From the NCBI RefSeq assembly GCF_009914755.1, contig NC_060934.1: a DNA stretch of 64,000 bases. One strand, given 5' to 3'. The notes beneath the pieces were generated by a model. The model was given only the letters and a program-made list of their open reading frames with translations, was not told the origin of the DNA and did not search any database. The stretch is from the human T2T-CHM13v2.0 reference genome, Homo sapiens. Within the stretch, counting starts at the first letter, position 1, and every line of letters begins with the position of its first letter. Positions 55,301 to 64,000 of the stretch are shown piece by piece. Position numbers and translations under genes: made by a program.

Positions 55301-58300
55301 TGGAGTGGATTGGAATGGAGTGGAATGGAATGGAATGGAATGGAATGGAATGGAATGGAATGGAATTCAAAGTAATGGAAACAAACCGAGTTGAATGTAA
55401 TATATTGGAAAGGACAGGAATGTAATGGAATGGATTGGAATCAACCCGATTTCAATGAAACGGAATGGAATGTAATGGAATGGAGCGGAACGGAATGGAA
55501 TGGAATGGAAAGGAATGGAATGAACTGGAATGGAATGGAATGGCATGGAGTTTAACGGAATGGAATGGAATGGAATGAAATGGAATGGAATCAACGCGAG
55601 TGGAGTGGAATGGAATGGAATGGAAATGAATGGAATGGAATGGAATGGAATGGAACGGAACACAATGGAATGAACCCGAGTGGAATGGAAAGAAATGGAA
55701 TGGAATGGAATGGAATGGAATGGAATGGAATGGAATGGAATGGAATGGAATCTACCCGAGTGGAATGGAATGGAATGGAATCTGATGGAATGGAATGCAA
55801 TGGAATGAACTGGAAAGCAATGGAATGCAATGGAATGGAGTGGAATGGAATAAACACCAGTGGAATGGAATGGAATGGACAGCAATGGAATGCAATGGAA
55901 TGGAATGGAATGGAGTGGAATGGACTAGAATGGAATGGAATGGAATGAAATCAACCCGATTGGAATGGAATGGAATGCAATGGAATGGAATGGAATCAAC
56001 CCAATTGGAATGGAATGGAATGCAATGGAATGGAATGGAATCAACTGGAAAGGAATGAAATGAATGGAATGGAATGGAAAGGAATGGAATGGAATCAACA
56101 CAAGTGGAATGCAATGGAATGGAATGGAATGGAATGGAATGGAATCAACCCGAGTGGAGTGGATTGGAATGGAGTTGAATGGAATGGAACGGCATGGAAT
56201 GCAATGGAATCAACTAGAATGGAATGTAATGGAATGGATTGGAATGGAATCGAACGGAATCAACCTGAGTGGAAAGGAACGGAATGGAATGAAATTGAAT
56301 GAATGGAATGGAATAGAATGGAAACTAATGGAATGGAATGGAAAGGAAGCAACCCGAGTGGAATGGAATGCAATGGAATGCAATGTTATGGAAAGGAATG
56401 GAATGTAATTCAATGTAATGGAAACAAACCGAGTGGAATGTAATGGAATGGAAAGCACTGGAATGTAATGGAATGTATTGGAATCAACCCGATTCCAATG
56501 CAACGGCATGGAATGGAATGGAATGGAACGGAAGGGAACGGAATGGAATGGAAAGGAATGGAATGAACTGGAATGTAAAGTAATGGAATGGAATGGAATG
56601 GAATGGAATGGAATGGAATGGAATGGAATTTAATGGAATGGAATGGAATGGAATTTAATGGAATGGAATGGAATGGAATGGAATGGAATCAAAACGAGTG
56701 GAATGGAATGCAATGGAATGGAACGGAATCAACTGGAAAGGAAAGAAATGGAATGGAATGGAATGGAATGGAATGGAAAGGAATGGAATGGAATGGAAAG
56801 GAATGGAATCAACCCAAGTGGAATGGATTGGAATGGAGTGGAATGGAATGGAACGGCATGGAATGCAATGGAATCAACTAGAATGGAATGGAATGGAATG
56901 GATTTGAATGGAATCGAATGGAATCAAACTGAGTGGAATGGAATGGAATGGAATGAATGGAATAGAATGGAATGGATACTAATGCAATGGAATGGAAAGG
57001 AAACAACCCGAGTGGAATGGAATGGAATGGAATGGAATGGAATGGAATGGAATCAACCCGAGTGGAATGCAATGGAATGGAATGGAATGAAATCAACCTG
57101 ATTGGAATGGAATGGAATGCAATGGAAAGGAATGGATTCAACTGGAAAGGAACGACATGGAATGGAATGGAATGGAATGGAATGGAAAGGAATAAAATCA
57201 ACCCGAGTGGAATGGATTGGAATAGATTGGAATGGAATGGAACGGCATGGAATGCAATGGAATCAACTAAAATGGAATGGAATGGAATGGAATGGACCGG
57301 AATGGAATGGAATGGAATGGAATGGAATGGAGTGGAATGGATTAGAATGGAATGGAACGGAATGAAATCAACCCGATTGGAATGGAATAGAATAGAATGG
57401 AATGGAATGGAATAAACTGGAAAAGAATCAAATGTAACGGAATGGAAAGGAATGGAATGGAATGCAATGGAATCAACTCGAGGTGAAAGGAATGGAATGG
57501 AAAGCAATGCAAGGGAAAGGAAAGGAATGGATTGCAATGCAATGCAATGGTATGGAATGGAGTCAACCCAACAGGAATGGAATGGAATGGAATGGAATGG
57601 AATGGAATGGAATCAAATGGAATGTAATGGAATGCAATGGAATGGAATGGAATGGAATGGAATGCAATGGAATGGAATGGAATGGAATAAACACCAGTGG
57701 AATGGAATGCAATGGAATGGAGTGGAATGGAATAAAAACCAGTGGAATGGAATGGAATGGAATGGAATGGAATGGAATGGAATGGACAGGAATGGAATGG
57801 CATGGAATGGAATGGAATGGAACGGAATGGAATAGAATGGAATGGAATGGAATGAAATCAACCCAATTGGAATGGAATGGAATGCAATGGAATGGAATGG
57901 AATCAACTGGAAAGGAACGAAATGGAATGGAATGGAATGGAATGGAATTTAATAGAATGGAATGGAATGGAATGGAATCAACCTGAGTGGAGTTGAATGG
58001 AATGCAATGGAAATGAATGGAATAGAATGGAATGGAATGGAACGGAACGGAATGGAATGAACACGAGTGGAATGGAATGAAATGGAATGGAATGGAAAGG
58101 CACGGAATGAAATGGAATGGAATGGAATGGAATGGAATGGAATCAAACAGAGTGGAATGGAATGGAACGGAATGGAATTGAATGGAATGGAATCAACTCG
58201 AGTGGAATGTAATGTAATGGAATGGAATGGAATGGAATGGAATGGAATGGAATGGAATGGAATGGAATAGAATGGAATGAATTCGAGTGCAATGCAATGG

Positions 58301-61300
58301 TATAGAATGGAATGGAATGGAATGGAATGGAGTGGAATCAACCAGAGTGGAGTGGAATGGAATGGAAAGTAATGGAATGGAATGGAATGGAATGGAATGT
58401 AACGGCATGGAATTGAATGGAACGGAGTGAAATCAACCCGAGTGGAATGGAATGGAATGGAATGGAATGGAATGGAATCAACCAGAGAAGAATGCAATGG
58501 AATGGAATGGAATGGAATGGAAAGGAATCAACCCGAGTGGAATGGAATGGAATGGAATAAACAAGAGTGGAATGTAATGTAATGGAATGGAATGGAATGG
58601 ACTAGAATGCAATAGAAAGGAAAGGAATGGAATGCAATGGAATAGAATGGTATGGAATGGAGTCAACCCGAGTGGAATGGAATGGAATGGAATGAAATGG
58701 AATGGAATCGAATGCAATGGAATGGTGTAGAATGGAATAAGCAACAGTGGAATGGAATGCAATGGAATGGAGTGGAATGGAATAAACACCAGTGGAATGG
58801 AATAGAATGGAATGGAATGGACAGGAATGGAATGGAATGGAATGGAATGCAAAGGACTAGAATGGAATGGAATGGAATGAAATCAACCCGATTGGAATGG
58901 AATGGAATTCAATGGAAGTGAATGGAATCAACAGGAAAGGAATGAAATGGGATGGAATGGAATGGAATGGAATGGAATGGAATTAACCCGAATGGAATGG
59001 ATTGGAATACAGTGGAATGGAATGGAAAGGCATGGAATGCAATGGAATCAACTAGAATGGTATGGAATGGAATGAAATGGACAGGAATGGAATGGAAAGG
59101 AATGGAATGGAATGGACTGGAATCGACTAGAATGGATTGGAATGGAATGAAATCAACCCGATTGGAATGGAATGGAATGCAATGGAATGGAATGGAATCA
59201 AATGTAAAGGAAACAAATGGAACGGAATGGAATGGAATGGAATGGAATGGAATGGAATGGAATGGAATCAACCCGAGTGGAATGGATTGGAATGGAGTGG
59301 AATGGAATGGAACGGCATGGAATGCAATGGAATCAACTAGAATGGAATGGAATTGAATGGATTGGAATGGAATTGAACAGAATCAACCTCAGTGTAATGG
59401 AATGGAATGGAATGGAATGAATGGAATGGAATGGAATGGAATGGAAACTAATGGAAAGGAATGGAAAGGAAACAACCCGAGTGGAATGGAAGGCAATGGA
59501 ATGGAATGGAATGGAATCAACCCGAGTGGAATGGAATGGAATAGAATTGAATGGAATCATCTCCAGGGAAAGGAATGGAATGGAAAGCAATGGAATGGAA
59601 AGGAAAGGAATGGAATGCAATGGAATGCAATGGTATGGAATGGAGTCAACAGGAGTGGAATGGAATGGAATGGAATGGAATGGAATGGAATGGAATGGAA
59701 TGGAATGAAATGGAATGGAATGGAATGCAATGGAATGGAGTGGAATGGAATAAACACCAGTGGAATGGAATGCAATGGAATGGAGTGGAATGGAATAAAC
59801 ACCAGTGGAATGGAATGGAATGTAATGGAATGGAATGGAATGGAAAGGAATAGAACGGAATGGAATGGAATGAAATCAACCCGAATAGAATGGAATCGAA
59901 TGCAATGGAATGGACTGGAATCAACTGGAAAGGAATCAAATGGAATGGAATGGAATGGAATGGAATGGAATGGAATGGATTGGAATGGAATGGAATGGAA
60001 TGGAACGGAATCAACCAGAGTTGAATGGAATGGAATGGAATGGAATGGAATGGAATGGAGTGGAATGGAATAAACATCAGCGGAATGGAATGCAATGGAA
60101 GAGTGGAATGCAATAAAAACCAGTGGAATGAAATGGAATGAAATAGAATGGAATGGAATGGAATGAAATCAACCCGATAGGAATGGAGTGGAATGCAATG
60201 GAATGGAAAGGAATAAGCTGGAAAGGAATGAAATGGAATGGAATGGAATGCAATGGAATGGAATGGAATGGAATCAACCCGAGTGGAATGGAATGGAATG
60301 GAATGGAATGGAATGGAATGGAATGGAATGGAATAACCCGAGTGGAATGGATTGGAATGGAGTGGAATGGAATGGAACGGAATGGAATCCAATGGAATCA
60401 ACTAGAATGGAATGGAATGGAATGGATTCGAATGGAATCAAACGGAATCAACCTGAGTGGAATGGAATGTAATTGAATGGAATGAATGGAATGGAATGGA
60501 ATGGAAACTAATGGAATGTAATGCAAATGAAACAACCCGAGTGGAATGGAACGCAATGGAATGCAATGGAATGGAATGGAATGGAACGGAATGGAATGGA
60601 ATTCAAAGTAATGGAAACAAACCTAGTGGAATATAATGGAATGGAAAGGACTGGAATGTAATGGAATGGATTGGAATAAACCCGATTCCAATGCAATGGA
60701 ATGGAATGGAATGGAATGGAATGGAATCGAACGAAATCAACCTGAGTTTAATGGAATGGAATGGAATGGAATGAATGGAATGGAATTCAATGTAATGGAA
60801 ACAAACCGAGGGGAATATAATGTAATGGAAAGGACTGGAATGTAATGGAATGGATTGGAATCAACCCGATTCCTATGCAACGGAATGGAATGTAATGGAA
60901 TGGAATGGAAAGGAATGGAATGAACTGGAATGGAATGGAATGGAATGGAATTTAATGGAATGGAATGCAATGGAATGGAATCAACCTGAGAGGAGTGGAA
61001 TGGAATGGAATGGAAATGAATGGAACTGAATGGAATGGAATGGAATGGAACGGAATGGAATGGAATGGAATGGAATGGAATGGAATGGAACGGAATGGAA
61101 TGGAATGGAATGGAGTGGAATGGAATGGAATGGAAAAGAATAGAATCAACCCGAGTGGAATGCAATGGAACGGAATGGAATGGAATGGAATGGAATGGAA
61201 TGGAATCGAATGGAATGGAATCGAATGGAATGGAATAGAAACAACCGGAGTGGAATGTAATGGAATTAAATGGAATAAACACGAGGGGAATGGAATGGAA

Positions 61301-64000
61301 TGGAATGGAATGGAATGGAATGGAATAGAATGGAATGGAATCAACTCGAGTGGAAAGGAATGGAATGGAAAGGAAAGGAATGGAAAGGAAAGGAATGGAA
61401 TTCAATGGAATGGAATGGTATGGAATGAACACCAGTGGAATGGAATGGAAAGGAATGGAATGGAATGGACAGGAATGGAATGGAATGGAATGGAATGGAA
61501 TTGAATGGAATGGAATGTACTAGAATGGAATGGAATGGAATGAAATCAACCCGATTGGAATGGAATGGAATGCAATGGAATGGAATGGAATCAACTGGAA
61601 AGGAATCAAAGGGAACGGAATGGAAAGGAATGGAATAGAATGTAGAGGAATCAACTCGAGTGGAAAGGAATGGAATGGAAAGGAATGGAATGGAAAGGAA
61701 AGGAATGGAATGCAATGGAATGCAATAGTATGTAATGGAGTCAACCCGAGTGGAATGGAACGGAATGAAAATGAATGGAATGCAATGCAATGGAATGGAG
61801 TGGAATGGAATAAACACCAGTGGAAGGGAATGCAATGGAATGGAGTGGACTGGAATAAACACCAGTGGAATGGAATGGAATGGAATGGATTGGAATGGAC
61901 TAGAATGGAATGGAATGGAATGAAATCAACCCGATTAGAATGGAATAGAATGCAATGGAATGGAATGGGATCAACTGGAAAGGAATGAATTGGAATGGAA
62001 TGGAATGGAATGGAATGGAATGGAATCAACCCGTGTGGAATGGAATGGAATGGAATGGAATGCAATGGAATGGAGTGGAATGGAATGGAATGGAATGGAA
62101 TCAACCCGAGTGGAATGGATTGGAATAGAGTGGAATGCAATGGAATGGAAACAAACAGTGGAATGGAATGGAATGGAATGCAATGGAATGTAATGGAGTG
62201 GAAGGCATTAGAATCAACAGGAATGGAATGGAATGGAATAGAATGGGATAGAATCAACTCGAGTGGAAAGGAATGGAATGGAAAGGAAAGGAATGGAATG
62301 CAATGGAATGCAATGGTATGTAATGGAGTCAACCCGAGTGGAATGGAATGGAATGGAATGGAATGGAATGAAAATGAATGGAATGCAATGCAATGGAATG
62401 GAGTGGAATGGAATAAACACCAGTGGAAGGGAATGCAATGGAATGGAGTGGACTGGAATAAACACCAGTGGAATGGAATGGAATGGAATGGATTGGAATG
62501 GACTAGAATGGAATGAAATCAACCCGATTAGAATGGAATAGAATGCAATGGAGTGGAATGGAATCAACTGGAAAGGAATGAATTGGAATGGAATGGAATG
62601 GAATGGAATGGAATGGAATGCCATGGAATGGAGTGGAATGGAATAAACACCAGTGGAATGGAATGCAATGGAATGGAATGGAATGGAATGGAATGGAATG
62701 GAATGGAATCAACCCGAGTGGAATGGATTGGAATAGAGTGGAATGGAATGGAATGGAAACAAACTGAGTTGAATGGAATGGAATGGAAGGCAATGGAATG
62801 TAATGGAGTGGAAGGCATTAGAATCAACGGGAATGGAATGGAATGGAATGGAATGGAATGGAATGGAATGGAAGAGAATGGAATGGAATGGAATCAATCC
62901 GAGTGGAATGGAATGGATAGGAATGGAATGGAATCAACCCGAGTGCAATGGAATGGAATGGAATGGAAAGGAATGGAGTGGAATGGATTGGGAGAAACAC
63001 GAGTGGAATGGAATGGAATAGAATGGAATGGAATCAACTCGAGTGGAAAGGAATGGAATGGAAAGGAATGGAATGCCATGGAATACAGAGGTATGGAATG
63101 GAGTCAAACAGAGTGGAATGGAATGCAATTGAATGGAATGCAATGGAATGGAATGGAATGCAATGAAATGCAATGGAATGGAATGGAATGCAATGGAATG
63201 GAGTGGAATGGAATAAACACCAGTGGAATGGAATGGAATGGAATGGAATGGAATGGAAAGGACAGGAATGGAAAGGAAAGGAATGGAATGGAATGGAATG
63301 GAATGGAATGGAATGGACAGGAATGGAATGGAATGGAATGGAATGGAATGGAATAGAGTGCAATGAAATAAACCCGATTGGAATGGAATGGAATGGAATG
63401 GAATGGAATGGAATGGAGCTAACACGAGGAGAATGCAATGGAATGGAATGGAGTGGAATGGAATAGAATGAAATCAACCCGAATGGAATGGATTGGAATA
63501 GAGTAGAATTGAGTGGAACGTCATGGAATGCAATGAAATCAACTACAATGGAATGGAATGGAATGGAATGGAATGGACAGCAATGGAATGGAATGGAATG
63601 GAATGCAATAGAGAATAAAGGACTAGAATGGAATGAAATGGAATGAAATTAACCCGATTGGAATGTAATGGAATTCAATGGAATGGAATGGAATCAAATG
63701 GAAAGGAATCAAATGGAACGGAATAGAATGGAATAGAATGGCATGGAATGGAACGGAATGGAATGGAATAGAATGGAATGGAATCAACTCGAGTGGAAAG
63801 GAATGGAAGGGAAAGGAATGGAATGGAAGGGAAAGGAATTGAATGCAATGGAATGCAACTGTATGGAATGGAGTCAACGCGAGTGGAATGGAATGGAATG
63901 GAATGGAATGGAATGCAATGGAATGGAGTGGAATGGAATAAAAACCAGTGGAATGGAATGCAATGGAATGGAGTGGAATGGAATGCAATGGAATGGAATG
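40391..64000 (-). repeat. Human satellite 3 (HSat3/SatIII), GGAAT on + (CATTC on -); continues past the window end
   Basis: (GGAAT)n runs punctuated by the classical CAACCCGAGT spacer and variants (AAACACCAGT, CAACCCGATT, CAACTAG, ACGGCATGG). Confidence 0.97.

Noticed and set aside
40391-64000. Many long ORFs, (MEWNG)n on + and (IPFHS)n on -, up to 284 aa
   Set aside because: A pure GGAAT repeat has no stop codon in any frame and supplies an ATG every 5 bp. The ORFs overlap in all six frames, so they are translation artefacts.
40391-64000. CRISPR-like repeat/spacer appearance
   Set aside because: The spacers are short recurring variants of the pentamer rather than unique sequences, repeat lengths vary, there are no cas genes, and the context is primate satellite.

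Overview
This window is primate (human-like) pericentromeric heterochromatin with no supportable protein-coding or RNA genes. Left to right: (i) 1-~13.6 kb, monomeric A-type alpha satellite (~171 bp units) in several distinguishable layers, interrupted at 488-1710 by an L1PA2/3-like element that keeps both ends but has lost most of its interior; (ii) ~13.6-25.8 kb, CENP-B-box-bearing alpha satellite (divergent 11/13/14-mer, ending in an SF1-like ~340 bp dimer); (iii) 25.8-26.3 kb, two head-to-head L1 fragments (ORF1 on -, ORF2 on +); (iv) 26.3-40.4 kb, HSat2 with CATTC on +; (v) 40.4-64 kb, HSat3 in the opposite orientation (GGAAT on +). Nearly all ORFs in the track are translation artefacts of satellite DNA. 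I see no previously undescribed gene system. The noteworthy points are structural: fold-back repair scars, a chimeric L1 ORF, a twin-priming-like junction, a compressed alpha-satellite age gradient, relic higher-order periodicities and a sharp HSat2/HSat3 strand inversion. Subfamily and chromosome assignments were made by eye from recalled consensus sequences and need computational confirmation.
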